Source: Centroscyllium fabricii (lineage: Eukaryota). Taken from it: DNA of 64,000 bases. Shown here piece after piece: positions 1 through 12,435 of the stretch. The first letter of the stretch is position 1. Every line of letters begins with the position of its first letter. A program made the position numbers and the translations under genes. Location of the stretch: contig JBNRSN020000001.1 in NCBI GenBank assembly GCA_051313645.2, positions 31,186,001 to 31,250,000 on the forward strand, given 5' to 3'. Under the pieces are notes generated by a model, which worked only from the letters and a program-made list of their open reading frames with translations, was not told the origin of the DNA and did not search any database.

Positions 1-544
1 ACAACTCGACAATTACCAGCGAGGGTACGGAAGACTCTATAGAAAGGGTCAGCTCGACAATTCAACATTGACTACTCATAAACATGCTCTGGCTAGCACA
101 CTGAGTGAATCAGAAATTAATGACTTTTAAAAAAAACTAAATTTGAAAATGTCTAATAATCTGATCGAACCTTCGCACCTCTGGTTAGGTCATTCATTTT
201 TTTCCGACACTGCCCTGCTATCCATGGGGCTGTCGAATTCACAGTGAGGACCTGTGCCACATCCTAAATGCCAACTTTCCATGGCATCCTGGGCCTATTG
301 TTTGCCGAAAGCTGCTGACGCCTCAACTCCAGCCTATCCAGGTGTACCCGCAGCGCTTTGTCTCTGAAGTGATTGCGTCGACTATTTTTTTGCATTTACC
401 TTTTCTTAAGACAGCTTTTGTATTTCCATGAGGAAGTGAATGCTGTTAATTACTTTCTACTGCTTTTTAAAAAATGGTTTTAAAAAGTATTTTTTCACAT
501 TTTAGCAACTTTTTCTAATTAGTTTTAGATCATTTCTTGTTTTA

Positions 545-841
545 GCCCTGTTCCTGGGACTAGGGACAGGGTTACTGGCAAGGCTTGGAAGCTAAACAGA
601 GCCAGGCCTGGTTAGTACTTGGATGGGTGACCACCAGGGAATGCCAGGTGCAGAAGGTCACGAAAGGAGCCCCGGGGAGGGGCGGTTGGCTGAAGATTGT
701 CGGAATGATGGAAAGATGGAATGGCGGCGCGCACAGACACAGCAGCTTTGCTAGACTCTTGGGAGCTTGCAGGATCACATTTCGTTGTTCATGTACTTGT
801 GCATTGTATAATGACAATAAAAGTAGAATTATTATTATTAT
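545..841 (+). mobile_element. 5S rRNA-derived SINE (SINE3-like), copy 1
   Basis: GGAAGCTAAACAGAGCCAGGCCTGGTTAGTACTTGGATGGGTGACCACCAGGGAATGCCAGGTG matches the 3' ~70 nt of vertebrate 5S rRNA (box A, IE, box C). A unique body follows, then a ...TATAATGACAATAAA...(ATT)n tail. Two more copies are in the window. Confidence 0.85.
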
Positions 842-1765
842 TTCGAAAGATACAGGTCACTTACCTCTCAGTGTCACTCCTTAACTAAATGATTGGGTCT
901 GTCTTCAGCTATATATAGTGCCATCTGGTTCAACATTTTCATGAATGGTAGGGTTCGAGGAACCCTGGAAATTTACCCTCGAACCTCATTCTCATATGAA
1001 TGGCGCTGCGGGAAATGGTGAACTTAAGTAAGTTTTAATTCTTTGATATAGTCAGGCACTCAGGAGACAGGGAGTAAAATTCAACTTCAAACGGTGAAAA
1101 AAGGGAGGCGGCTGATCGTCCTCCTATTATACACATCCGTCCATTTTTGGGCACTCCTCCCACACAGGGTACTCACCCCGGGCACAAAAAGTAGGGTCCG
1201 AGGAGCCCCGGATGTTGGGCTTCGTATCTCATTCCCATATGAATGGCGCTGCGGGAGGAGGCCACGCAGGTAATGATTGGAGGTTCAAGCCGCTGTTAGT
1301 GTCGCAGCAGCCTGTGGGTAAGTGATCGTTGGCCGGGGTGCGGTGGGGGCAGTGTGGCATGGTAGCAATTGGTGGATGGGCGTTCTGTGAGATTGGGGGT
1401 GGGGGGGGTGGGGAAGTCTGGAGCATTCCTGCTCCTCTTGTATCCACATTCGGATAAGTAACTTCCCTTTATTGTTGCAGGAGTTCTGCAGGGTTGGTTT
1501 TCCTGAGTCCAGCCCGTGAACCAATCTTGCAGCACATGCAAACGGTCGAATGCCTGCTTCAGGCTTGGGAACCGATGCCTCTTGTTTGTCCTCAGTCAAT
1601 ATGGTGGGTTGGTGCACTTCTGGCCGGTAGTATTGGCGAGCTTCCTGCCTGCTATTTTGGGGCCTAAGGAGGCCACACTGCAGCTGAAAAACGGGCACTA
1701 CGTGGCCCATTGGATCCATCTTGCCTATGCCCATTCTCTAAAAGAGGTATCTATTTAGACCCATT

Positions 1766-2336
1766 AGCCCAGAAATTCGGCATGCGCGGGAAACTGGCAC
1801 TTCCATTCCCCAAACTAAGGGGTTATGCGGTGAAGGCCTGCTTTTAACAAGGTAAGTGCTGAATTAATTCAAATTGAAAAACTTTTTCCTCAGGTTTATT
1901 ATTTTTAAATACAGTACTTTAAAGAAAGGTAAGTTTATTTTCAGTCCCATTAGGAAAAATAATATTTTTTTTCAAAAATTTAAGTTATTGTTTACAATAG
2001 TTATTTCATGTAATTTATAGTTGTTTTAAAAATGTGATTAAAAAAAATTATTTGAAGTTTCAGTGATGTTTTGGGGCTTTTAGTTTTCATAGTTTTGCCA
2101 ACTCTTCCTGTCAAACTTATGAATGAAGCATTGCCTGCTCCGATTGGCTCTCCATGGCCCACGTGATCCATTGCACTAACTTCGCTGTTGGGATACGCGA
2201 GCACAGCGCACCAGCAGTTGAAGCAGGCCCCGGATCGGAATTCCACGCGGGCCCACAGATCAACGGCCAGCGCACAAGTTAAGTGCTGGTTGGAGGCTTG
2301 CACACGCGGAAAGACTCAGACCTGAATTTCTGGGCC
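1766..2336. mobile_element. Non-autonomous DNA transposon (PIF/Harbinger-type MITE)
   Basis: TIRs AGCCCAGAAATTC / GAATTTCTGGGCC flanked by a 3-bp TSD ATT (1763-1765, 2337-2339). Confidence 0.7.
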
Positions 2337-3376
2337 ATTATCTTGCCCTTTCTCTATAGCCACTTATATAATTTTCATTCTGTTTTCAAATATTTATCCA
2401 CTTTCCTTTTAAAAGCTATCATGGATTTAGCTCCTATGACTGTTCTAAGGCAATACCAATTATCTCTGTAAAAAAAAGTCTCCTTAAAAATAATTCTTGT
2501 AATTTCTCCCTTCATTAATTAAGTGAAGAAATAAGCAAAGTTACACCTCTTGCATACCTCCGCTACATAAATAAATCTGTGCCAGAAATTAAATATGCAC
2601 AGAATATACTGTACATCAAAATTAGTAATATACACATGATTACATATGATATATTCTAAATATAGCAGATTATTTAATGCTATCAAATTACATAAAATTA
2701 CACATTATTAAAAGCTTGGAATGTTAAGATAAGTACATCTCATACTTTCTCTAAAGGCATGCCATACAAGCTTTTGTAACATTACTCTTTCCAGATCTTG
2801 ATATGTCGATTTTTCTTCTGCCGAATTTAACTGAATATTTCATTATTAATGATCACCAGACTGATTATCATACATACTGTAATATGCTAGGGCATGTCTA
2901 TGACAACAATGGATATATTTGTCCTTGCTTTTTATTCATAGCTTTAAAATCAGTAGCAAATCAGTTTCTCCAAAATGGAAACTGCCTTCTCAAGGCTTTA
3001 ACAGGGCAATTGCTGTGGGAGGAAGGCTGTTTGCCTTTGATAAGAAACCAATTACTTAACAGTGTTATGAACCAAAGTTGAATTGAATGTGTCCAATGCC
3101 GATTGTAGGTTGAATTATGTAGAATCACCAAACATGGACAAATTCTATTTATGATCTGCATCAGGCTGCCCTCCTCCTTAGTCATCATGCAAGTGGCCCA
3201 TCACATCTGGGCTGGTGTTAGCTCTTCCACAGAAGCTGCCGACTCTAATCCTATTTACCTGCCCTTTCCCTATAGCCTTGGTTTTTTTTTCCTTTTGCAA
3301 ATACTTATCTAATTTTCTTTGAAATAATGTTATAGCCTCTGACTTAATAGCCACATCTGGTAGGGCATTTTGACTG

Positions 3377-5589
3377 GGGAATTCAATAATGTAAGAAAAC
3401 GACACGGGCACCGTGATGAGAGATATGCCCACGCCCGCTCAGCCCATCAATTTGATGCCTCCTGATAATTTAAATGATTGTAGCACTCAGCCTACTGACT
3501 ATCGCGCGGCTGACAGGCTGTGTGCTCAGCAGGGGGCTCAGGTTAGCGTCGCTGGAGCGAGGCTGCCTTTCCTTAAAGCTAGGCTGTTCATTTTCAAGGC
3601 AGTCTCTGGCCCTTAAAGCTGAACTGCCTTCTGGGGAAAAAAATCTTTCCGAACTAGGCAGTCTGCAGCTCTTAAAGCTGAATTGCCTTCTGCACATATA
3701 AAATGCTAAAAGTGCTTCAGCACTAACACAAATGGCTCAACAGACCAGGGAAAGGGCACCCAGGGTCTCGGAAGAAGCACTGGAGGGTCAACATGGGAAG
3801 AGATGTCCCCTACTTACAGGGGACAAGGAGGCATTCCAGAAAGAATGATGTGGGTATAGATTGCTGAGGCTGCCTCTGCCAGCAGTGTTGCCATCAGAAC
3901 CTGGCTCCAGTGCCCAAAGAAATCTCACCACCTCAGATGAGTGGTCAAGGTCAGTGAATGGATATTCAAAAGCCATCTCCTACTAACTGCACCACTAGCT
4001 TCACACACTGCTCAATGCACAACTCCCCCATGACTCACCTACCAACAATCTCTACCAAACAGGAGGCACACCTCACATTCCTAGCTTCACCTCACCCCCT
4101 TGGAGGAGACGGTGCGGGCCTTCTTGTCAGGGGCACGGCTGAGCCCTTGGCCAGCGACAGGGCTGAAAGAGTATAAGAAGCCGATATCCTCATACATTAT
4201 CCTCCTTCTCACATCGCACTTCCCCCTCATCCCACAATATCATCTGATGTTCACGCTGCACATGGTGTAAGCATGCACCTCTTGCTTCCCTGTCCTCCGG
4301 TCAGCACAACCCTACACTTGTGCTTTCCTCACCCAAGAAAACCAGCTTGCCCAGCCAGTGGTTGACCAAGGAGAGGAAGAGGAGAGTTTTGAAGAAGAAG
4401 AAGAAGAAACACCGTCACTCAATTTCACAATCCCAGCCATCAGTTCCTCAAGGTTGTCCTGCAAGGCCACCTGCAGTGGCCTCCACTGAAAGTTAGCAGC
4501 ATTCCCCCAGCCATGCTGCAATCGCTGAGGTAGCACAGCATGACATCACTAGGATAGCCAAAGGTATATGCAAGCCACTCACTAAGGGAATGCACAAGGG
4601 TGATTAGTTAATTTTTTGATGTAATATTGGATGCATATATGGATAGAATTGGATTGGAAAGTTTGCATTCTGATGGCTTTTATTTCAGCATTATGGTGAA
4701 CAGGACAATGTGAAGATCAATAACAGAGGGAAGGTAAGGTGTGGGGAAAATGTTGAAATGGGAATTGGGATTGTGGTCACTGGGACCGCAGGCAGATGAT
4801 TTGATCACAGACATCCCAGCCAGAGAAAGGCTGTCTGAGTTGCACCTTCCTTCTGCTTCCTCCTATTCTGCATCTTCCTCTTCCGCTTCCTCCTCTTCCG
4901 CTTCCTCCTCTTCTGCTTCCTCCTCTTCCATTTCCTCCTCTTCCACTTCCTCCTCTTCCACTTCCTCCTCTTCCACTTCCTCCTCCTCTGCTTCCTCCTC
5001 TTCTGCTTCCTCTTCTTCTGCTTCCTCCTCTTCTGCTTCCTCCTATTCTGCATCTTCCTCTTCTGCTTCCTCCTCTTCCGCTTCCTCCTCTTCCGCTTCC
5101 TCCTCTTCTGCTTCCTCCTATTCTGCATCTTCCTCTTCTGCTTCCTCCTCTTCTGCTTCCTCCTCTTCTGCTTCCTCCTATTCTGCATCTTCCTCTTCTG
5201 CTTCCTCCTCTTCTGCTTCCTCCTCTTCCGCTTCCTCCTCTTCCGCTTCCCCCTCTTCCGCTTCCTCCTCTTCTGCTTCCTCCTCTTCTGCTTTCTCCTC
5301 TTCTGCTTTCTCCTACTCCCTCAGTGAGCAGCTTATCACCTTTTCTGCCTGTGCTTCATCTCTGTGTGATGCTGCAGCCCAAGGGGGACTGCAACTAGAG
5401 CCCCCAAGACTGTAATCAAGTGGTATGCTCAGAGGCCTTCCTTTGACATCCAAAGCCTTACAAGTATCCAGCAGCAGCCCCTGCACACTTTAACAATGTT
5501 TAAAATCTGTGATTATCAACACAAACATGTTTGTGGCCTTCTGTGCTTGTGTGCGGAGTCCCACAGCCGCGCATGTGAATTCGATCCCC
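3377..5589. mobile_element. Decayed Harbinger-derived element (Myb/SANT-like remnant on +, transposase tail on -)
   Basis: GGGGAATT...AATTCGATCCCC ends. Near 3910, CAGTGCCCAAAGAAATCTCACCACCTC resembles the QCRKKFNDL Myb/SANT motif. The minus strand near 4790-4840 reads ...SGWDVCDQIICLRSQ*, like a HARBI1-type C-terminus. Boundaries are approximate. Confidence 0.45.
4846..5319. repeat. 15-bp tandem repeat (TCCTCTTCTGCTTCC)n, ~30 copies
   Basis: Directly visible; it produces the spurious Ser/Ala and Lys/Arg ORFs. Confidence 0.95.
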
Positions 5590-5819
5590 TTCTGTGCATG
5601 CATGCTGTTTACCGAGGTCGCAAATGCGCCTTAGCCAACAGTTGCGGCCTGCAATTGGCCAAGCTTTCCTCAGCTCCATAACAAGGTCACTGAATCTGTT
5701 AGTGGCCAGGGGGGGAAGAGACAATCAAAAAGGGAGAGAGAGGGAATCAGAGGGGAGAGAAAGAGGGGTGATTGGAGGGGGCGGACAGAGAGAGCAGATT
5801 GGAGGGGAGAGAGAGAAGG

Positions 5820-6490
5820 GGATTTTCGAATTCTCGACTCCCGAGTAAGACTCTTTGAACATAAAGTATCGTCAAAGGCAGATTTTAATATTTTACTTGC
5901 AGCAAGGGGAGGGCATGAAGTCAATGGCTTCGCTGACCACTCCAAAGAACATAAGCAAAATGTAACATATTTATACACTAAAAAGGAGCAGGCTTTCTAA
6001 ATCACATGACATAGTATTAAATCATAGTTAACTGCAAAAGTACAGAGTTTGCAAAATACAAAGGAATTTGTTCGAGGATAAATAAAAGGTCAGCAGAACA
6101 GGAATACCTTAATAGAAGGCTAGCTAATCTCTTCTCATGGAGTCTGTTTTTCTCCTTACTCATACCAGGCCATCTTGATTCTAAGGCCGGTGTTTACTTT
6201 ACTATGTCTTTGGCTATCTTAAGTTGATTATGGAAGACTTGGTGTTCTGCACATCTAAGCTATCTGTTGGGGAACAACATGGTCTGCAAACTGAAGTTCC
6301 CTTATCATATTGAAACTTTAAACAACTGCTAATTCTTTCTAGGCAAGTCATAGTGTAAGCCATTTTTTATCTTTTATTCTGTGTCTTGCAAAGCCATTTT
6401 ATATCCAAGTAATCTGGTCCTGTAGGAGTTCCAGGCTCCATTCTGAGTTGCCTGACAGTGCTCCATAATAATAACGAAATACACTTCTAC
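5820..6490 (-). mobile_element. Possible decayed solo LTR inserted in a GA-rich tract
   Basis: The minus strand begins TGTAGAAG at 6490, with TATAAATA near 5970 and ATTAAA near 5885. It is flanked on both sides by the same GA-rich sequence. The left end and TSD are not clean. Confidence 0.3.
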
Positions 6491-6940
6491 AGGAGAAAGA
6501 AAGCAGGGGGAGAGAGAGAGGGGGAGAGAGAGATAATTGTAGGGGAGAGAGAGGGGATCAGAGGGAAAGAGGGAGGGAATTGGGGGGAGAGAGAGTGAAT
6601 CGGAGGGAGACAGACAGAGGGGATAGGTGGGGCACAGACAGAGGGGATCGGAGGGGGAGAGAGAGATAATTGGAGGTGGGAGAGACAAAGGGGATTGGAG
6701 GGGGAATGACAGAAGGGATTGGAGAAGGGAGAGAGAGAGAGGATGGGAGAGAGGGAATTGAAGGGGGACAGAGGAGAGGAGGGAGAGAGAAAGAGGAGGA
6801 GAAAGAGGGGGAGAGATAGAGGAGGGGTGAGAGAATCGAAGGCGAGGAGGTCAGGAACTTGGGGGGGTATGGAGCACGGAGAGCACAGTGGGGATGGGGA
6901 AGAATGGGATTCAGGTCTAAAGGGGGAGGGATGAGAGCAA
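6491..6940. repeat. GA-rich low-complexity tract (also 5705-5820)
   Basis: Polypurine GAGAGAGGGG-type repeats. Confidence 0.85.
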
Positions 6941-7082
6941 GAATGTGATCCAGATGGTAAGATAGATCATGTTCTTCCAACCCCACTGCTTTTACAGCCA
7001 TAAAATGTTCTCTAATTAAGAATTAGGAAAGGTTTTAAAAATGTAGTGGGAGTTGTATAGAGGCCCCCTGATAGTAGCTGTG

Positions 7083-7427
7083 AAACATAGAAACATAGAA
7101 GATAGGAGCAGGCCATTCAGATCATCCAAACCCAGTACCCCGCCCCTGTCCTCTCCCCATATCGAGCCTGCATCGACACATATCCCACCCTATCCCCGTA
7201 ACCCCACATATTCAATCGCCCTAACACTAAGGGTCAATTTATCATGGCCAATCAACCTAACCCGCACATCTTTGGACTGTGGGAGGAAACTGGAGCACCC
7301 GGAGGGAACCCATGCAAACACGGCGAGAATGTGCAAACTCCACACAGATAGTACCCGAGGCAGGATTTGAACCCGGGTCTCTAGTGCTGTGAGATAACAA
7401 TGCTAACCACTGGGCCACCGTGCCGCC
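7083..7427 (-). mobile_element. HE1/V-SINE-type tRNA-derived SINE (long-tail variant)
   Basis: The minus strand starts GGCGGCACGGTGGCCCAGTGGTTAGCA (A box), has GGTTCAAATCC (B box) and the V-domain TGTGTGGAGTTTGCACATTCTC, and ends in a CR1-derived tail (TTTCTATG)n. Confidence 0.9.
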
Positions 7428-7429
7428 TG

Positions 7430-10198
7430 GGAAGTGCTAGATTGTATAAAAGCAGAGGTTAGACAAGTCTGTAGCAAAGGCAGAGTGCGCTTAATAGGTG
7501 ACTTTCACTTTCATGTAGATTGGGATAAACAGATTAGCACCTGTCAGAAAGGTAGTGAATTTCTTCAGTGTGTCCGGGATAGTTTTCTACAACATTATGT
7601 ACAAGAGGCAACAAGGGGGCCATATTAGATTTAGTAATGAGTAATGAGCCAGATTTAGTTAACAACCTAACTGTGTGTGACCATGAATCCAATAGTGATC
7701 ATAAGGAAATGGTAGCATAGTGGCTATGTTACTGGACTAGTAATCCGGAGATGCGACTTCATAATCCCACCATGAAACTATTAGATTGTCATAAAAACCT
7801 ATCTGATTCACTAATGTCCTTTAGGGAAGAAAACCTACCATCCTTACCCAGTCTGGCCAAAATGCGACTCCAGACCCACAGCAATGTGGTTGAGTTAAGT
7901 GCCCTCTGCAGTTCAAGAAGGCGGCTCACCATTACATTCTCAAGGGTAATTAGGGGTGGGCAATAAATGCCAGCGATGCCCACATATCCAAAGAACGAAT
8001 TAAAAAATAGTTCAATGTAGACTTTGAAAGGGAAAAACGCGAAACAGATTCGAGATTTGGGTAAGGTCGACTTTAAAAGGGCGAGACAGAGGCTATCCAC
8101 AGTAAACTGGGCAAATCTGTTAATGGGTAAAATGACAGAAAATCAGAAGATTTTCAAAAAATAATTTATTATGATACAGAACCAAGAGGGGCAAGAGCTC
8201 TACTTGCCAAAAAAAAGCAATAGACAACTAAGGGATAGCATAAAACTAAAAGGTAAAAGCATGCAAAAATAGCACAGATCCTGCCGACTGGGAAAGGTGC
8301 AAAGAACAGCAAAGGGTCACAAAATAGATAGCAAGAGCTACAAAAAGGAGTATGAAAGGAAACTTTCAAGGGATATCAAAATCAACACCATTATTTTACC
8401 ATTATATTAGGAAAAAGAGGGTAGTCAGGGGTATTGTTGGCCCCTTAAGACCTCAAAGCAGTGATTTTAGCAATGATAATAAGGAAATGGCGGACATGTT
8501 GAATAATTACTTTGCGTCACTATTTATAGTAGAGGAAGAGGATAGCATGCCAGAAATCCCAAGGAAACTTAATCAGGGACAGGGATGCAACAAAATTAAA
8601 ATAAGCAAATTAACAGTAATGAAGAAAATAATGGCACTGAAGAGTGACCAATCCCCAGGACTAGATGGATTCCATCCCAGGTTTCAAAAGGAAGTAGGTG
8701 AGCACATTGCAGATGCCTGAACTATAATCTTCTAAAGTTCTCTAGATTCAGGAACCGTTCCTTTAGATTGGAAAATTGCTCATTCCACTCCACTATTTAA
8801 AAATGGTGAGACAGGGAAACCAGGGAATTATGGACCAGTTAGTCTAACATCTGTTGTCAGCAAATTGCTAGAGTCTATAATTAAGGATTGGATAACTGAA
8901 CACCTTGAAAATTTTCAGTTGAGCAGAGAAAGCCAGCATAGATTTGTGAAAGGTAGATCATGCCTGACAAACCTGATTGAATTTTTTGAAAAGGTGATTA
9001 CAGGGGAATATCTATGGATGTTATTTTTCTGGCCTTCTAGAAGGCATTTGACAAAGTCCCACATAAGCAACTGTTAACAAATGTAGAAGCCCAAAGAATT
9101 GAGGCCAAATTATTAACCTGGTTAGGAAATTGGCTGAACGGCAGGAGACAGGCAGTGGGGATAATGGGTAGGCCCTCAAATTGACAGGAGGTGACTAGCG
9201 GTGTCCTGCAGGGATCTGTGTTGGAGCCTCAACTATTCACAATATTTATTAACAACTTAGATGATGGCATAGAAAGTCATACATCCAAATTTGCTAATGA
9301 CAGAAAGATAGGTGGAATTGTAGGCAGTGTAGATAGAAGCATAAAATTACAAAGGGATATCGACAGATTAAGTAAATGGGCAAAACTGTGGCAAATGGAT
9401 TTCAATGTAGGCAAATTGTGAATTCATCCACTTTGGACCTAAAATGGATAGAACAGGGTCCTTTCTAAATGGTGAAAAGTTAAAAACAGTGGAGGTCCAA
9501 AGAGACTTCGGGGTCCAGGTACATAGATCATTAAAATGTCATGAACAGTTACAAAACATAATTAAAAAGGCTAATGGGATGCTGGCCTTTCTATCTAGAG
9601 GACTAGACTACAAGGGGGTAGAAGTTATGTTGCAGCTATACGAAACACTGATCAGAACACACCTGGAGTACTGTGAGCAGTCCTGGGCACCACAACTTAG
9701 GAAGGATATATTGGCCTTGGAGGGAGTGCAGCGTAGGTTTACCAGAATGATACCCGGACTCCAAGGGTTAAGTTACGAGGAGAGATTACACAAATTAGGG
9801 TTGTATTCCTAGAATTTAGAAGGTTAAGGGGTGATCCGATTGAAGTTTACAGGATATTAAGGGGAACAGATAGGGTAGATAGATATAAACTATTTCCACT
9901 GGTTGGGGAGACTAGGAACAGGGGGCATAGTCCAAAAATTAGATCCAGACCTTTCAGAAGTGAAATTAGGAAACATTTCTACACACAAGGGTGGTAGATG
10001 TTTTGATCACTCGTCCACAAATGGTAATTGATGCTAGATCAGTTGTTTATTTTAAATTAGAGATTGATAGTTTTCTGTTAACCAAAGGTATTAAGGAATA
10101 TGGGCCAAAGGCGGGTATTTCGAGTTAGGTCGCAGATCAGCCATGATCTCGTTGAATGGCGGAGCAAGCTGAATGGCCTACTCCTGTTCCTATGGTCC
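7430..10198 (+). mobile_element. CR1 LINE, 5'-truncated and decayed (EN-RT remnants, 3' UTR)
   Basis: Fragmented ORFs with CR1 RT motifs (SPGLDGFHP, QHRFVKGRSCLTNLIEFFE, SGVLQGSVL, HLEYC..W.P.LRKDILALEGVQRRFTR) and a CR1 tail GATCAGCCATGATC...TGGCCTACTCCTGTTCCTATG. Confidence 0.9.
7706..8007 (+). mobile_element. tRNA-derived SINE (second family) inserted in CR1
   Basis: GGTAGCATAGTGG...GGACTAGTAATCC tRNA-like head and a GGGCAATAAATGCC...GAATTAAAAAA end. It interrupts the CR1 endonuclease SDH motif region. Confidence 0.75.
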
Positions 10199-10359
10199 CT
10201 CTCCTCCCTCTTGACCTGGTTGATTTCTCGGAAAGCGTGTGTGGCAAGTGACATCATTGGACAAGACGAACTCCGGAAGTCATGGCACGGTCACTATTAA
10301 CTTCACACCCAATAAGCCTGTTAACAATCCGGGACCCACACATAATGCCCCATTTATGG

Positions 10360-10740
10360 AGGGTTGGGGTGGGTGGCGGTCAGGAACATTGGGGAGAAGG
10401 TCTTGAACCCAGTGGGGGAGGAACTTAGGCAGGGGGAGAAGGTCAGGAGCATGGGGTGGGGGGTTAAAGGTCAGGAACCTGAGCAGGGAGGAACTTGGGC
10501 AGGGTAAGGGGGAATGTCAGGAACTTGGGTAGGGGGAGAAGGTCAAGAAATTGGGTGGGTGGTGGTGTTACTAAACTTGGGGTGGAGGTAAGGAACTCTG
10601 AGGGGGGCTGTCAGGAACTTGGCAGGGGAGAAGGTCAGGAACTTATTGGGGAGGGAAAAGGTCTGAAACTTAGGAGTGTGAGGAAGGTTAGGAACTTGCT
10701 GAGGGGGTGCAGGAACATTGTTTTGGGAGTGGGAGAAAGT
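10360..10740. repeat. Degenerate G-rich minisatellite, core GGGGAGAAGGTCAGGAACTT
   Basis: More than ten imperfect units are visible. Confidence 0.75.
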
Positions 10741-12147
10741 CAATCCACGAGGGTGTACCCTGTCTCTTCGATGTGAGCTGTTCTCTCTGGAGTAAGGCAG
10801 TCAGAACGGCTTGAATTACACTTTGCAAACTAATTGATTACTTACACAGGCAAGATTTAATTACACATTTCAGAGGAACTGTTGGGTGTGTCTTGTCCTC
10901 CAAGGGGACCAGTCAGAAATCAGGTCTTGCCTTCAAGATGACCAATCAGAGATCTGGTGCTGGAAATAAATGTGACCCTTTTTAATGTATTCCACCTAGC
11001 CAGTACTCCAATAAAATGTAAAAAAACAGTTCAAAAGTTAATATTGAAACATACCTGAAAGTTGTGTGTGTCTCATTAAGAAGTGCTGGCAGCGTCTCTG
11101 TTGTACTGCTGCACGCACGCTCATCCGGGCATGGTTTGGAGAGGGCAGTATCCAGTGCGGCAAAGTCCAAAATCACAGTCGTGCATCAATTCAGGCGTTG
11201 TGGGCCGATTTAAGTCAGAATCTGCATTTTTACATGTGGGCACCGAGCGCAGGCAACAGTGTCTCAAACAAACTCCCCAAAATGGCCTCTGGCGCGTTCT
11301 GTACCAGAAGTGGGCGGAAGCGAGGCGCCTGCCATTTTTTCAGCAGAACCGGCCAACAACAGCCGCGCTGGACCTCTGAACTTTGAGGAATTTATGTTCT
11401 TCTGAATTCCCACTTTACTGGTGACAATCTTTGAATTTATGTCCCCTTGTTATTGATTCCCCAACCAATGGAAATAAACATTCACTATTTATCCTTACAA
11501 AACTTTTTCTAATTGCAGCTTGATGTTTCCATGCTGGTACTTTACTGAGAAGCTTGGACATCATGCTGGCCTGCAGGCAGGTCCTGGAGAGGGTGAATAT
11601 AAATTGGTGGGGGCGGGGGGGGAGTGTTGTGGGGTGGCGAGAGCAGGTCAGCAGCAACCCATTTGTGGAGCCAAGAAGAGCACCTCTGCTCCTTCGGGTG
11701 CCATAAAAACAAAAAATCTGTCCGGGCTATGTTTGAAGTGGCCAGCAGCAGTCCCTGAAAATCGCATTTGAAGTACCAACTGTTTCATTAGATCCTGATT
11801 TGCATAATCAAAGTAGCTACCATCTGAACTGGATGGGTCTTCCAGCCGCCCAAGGAACCTTCCCTTTAAAAATGGCAGCGGCTGAATCACCAGTGTTAAT
11901 GCGCCGGTCAGTCTACTGATCCCATTTTGTGGCTATTGATGCCCTGTTCATGCTGATTTATGCTTAGTCCTTGTACAAGGCCGTGGAATATTGTGTCCAT
12001 TTTTGGGCTCCTCACATGGTGGGTGATATTGTTGCTTTGGCAAAGGTGAAGAGGAAGGCCACTAGACTAATTCCCAGTTTAAAGCATCTTGGTCATCAAG
12101 ATTGGCTAGAAGAGTTGAGACTCTGCACTTTAAAGGAGCGTAAACAT

Positions 12148-12435
12148 TGTGGGGAACCTCAGTTTCCCACTCTTAAATTATCGAGAAACGGAGGAAAGCA
12201 GCGGAGCAAAATCAAATAAGTCTTTATTCAAGTACAACAACGCAGAACTGGTGGAAAACGGCGTGAAAACGCAAAGCACTGCGGGGGCTCTTGAGTGACA
12301 GCCCTACAGACCAATGGGGGACCGTAACCGTTGACCTAACCTGACCAATGGGGAAACGGGGGAGGGCCCGCTCAGGAAAGGTGGATTCTGAGGTCCTAGA
12401 GAAATCAGATGACTCTCTTGAGTGGCCACGCTACA
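12148..12435 (-). mobile_element. Short solo LTR (~288 bp)
   Basis: TGTGG...CTACA termini interrupt the CR1 frame, with AATAAA on the minus strand near 12225. The 4-bp flanks ACAT/ATTT are degenerate. Confidence 0.55.

Noticed and set aside
545-660. 5S rRNA gene
   Set aside because: Only the 3' ~70 nt match, with substitutions, and all copies continue into a SINE body and tail.
859-910. Minus-strand exon with a GTAAGT donor
   Set aside because: All three frames contain stops; it may be a CR1 5' UTR-like remnant.
985-1256. 29-bp direct repeat (985-1013, 1228-1256) and GGTTCGAGG/CCTCGAACC hairpin
   Set aside because: Best explained as two fragments of the same decayed MITE family; there are only two units.
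4741-5415. Ser-rich 224-aa and Lys/Arg-rich 127-aa ORFs
   Set aside because: Artefacts of the 15-bp tandem repeat.
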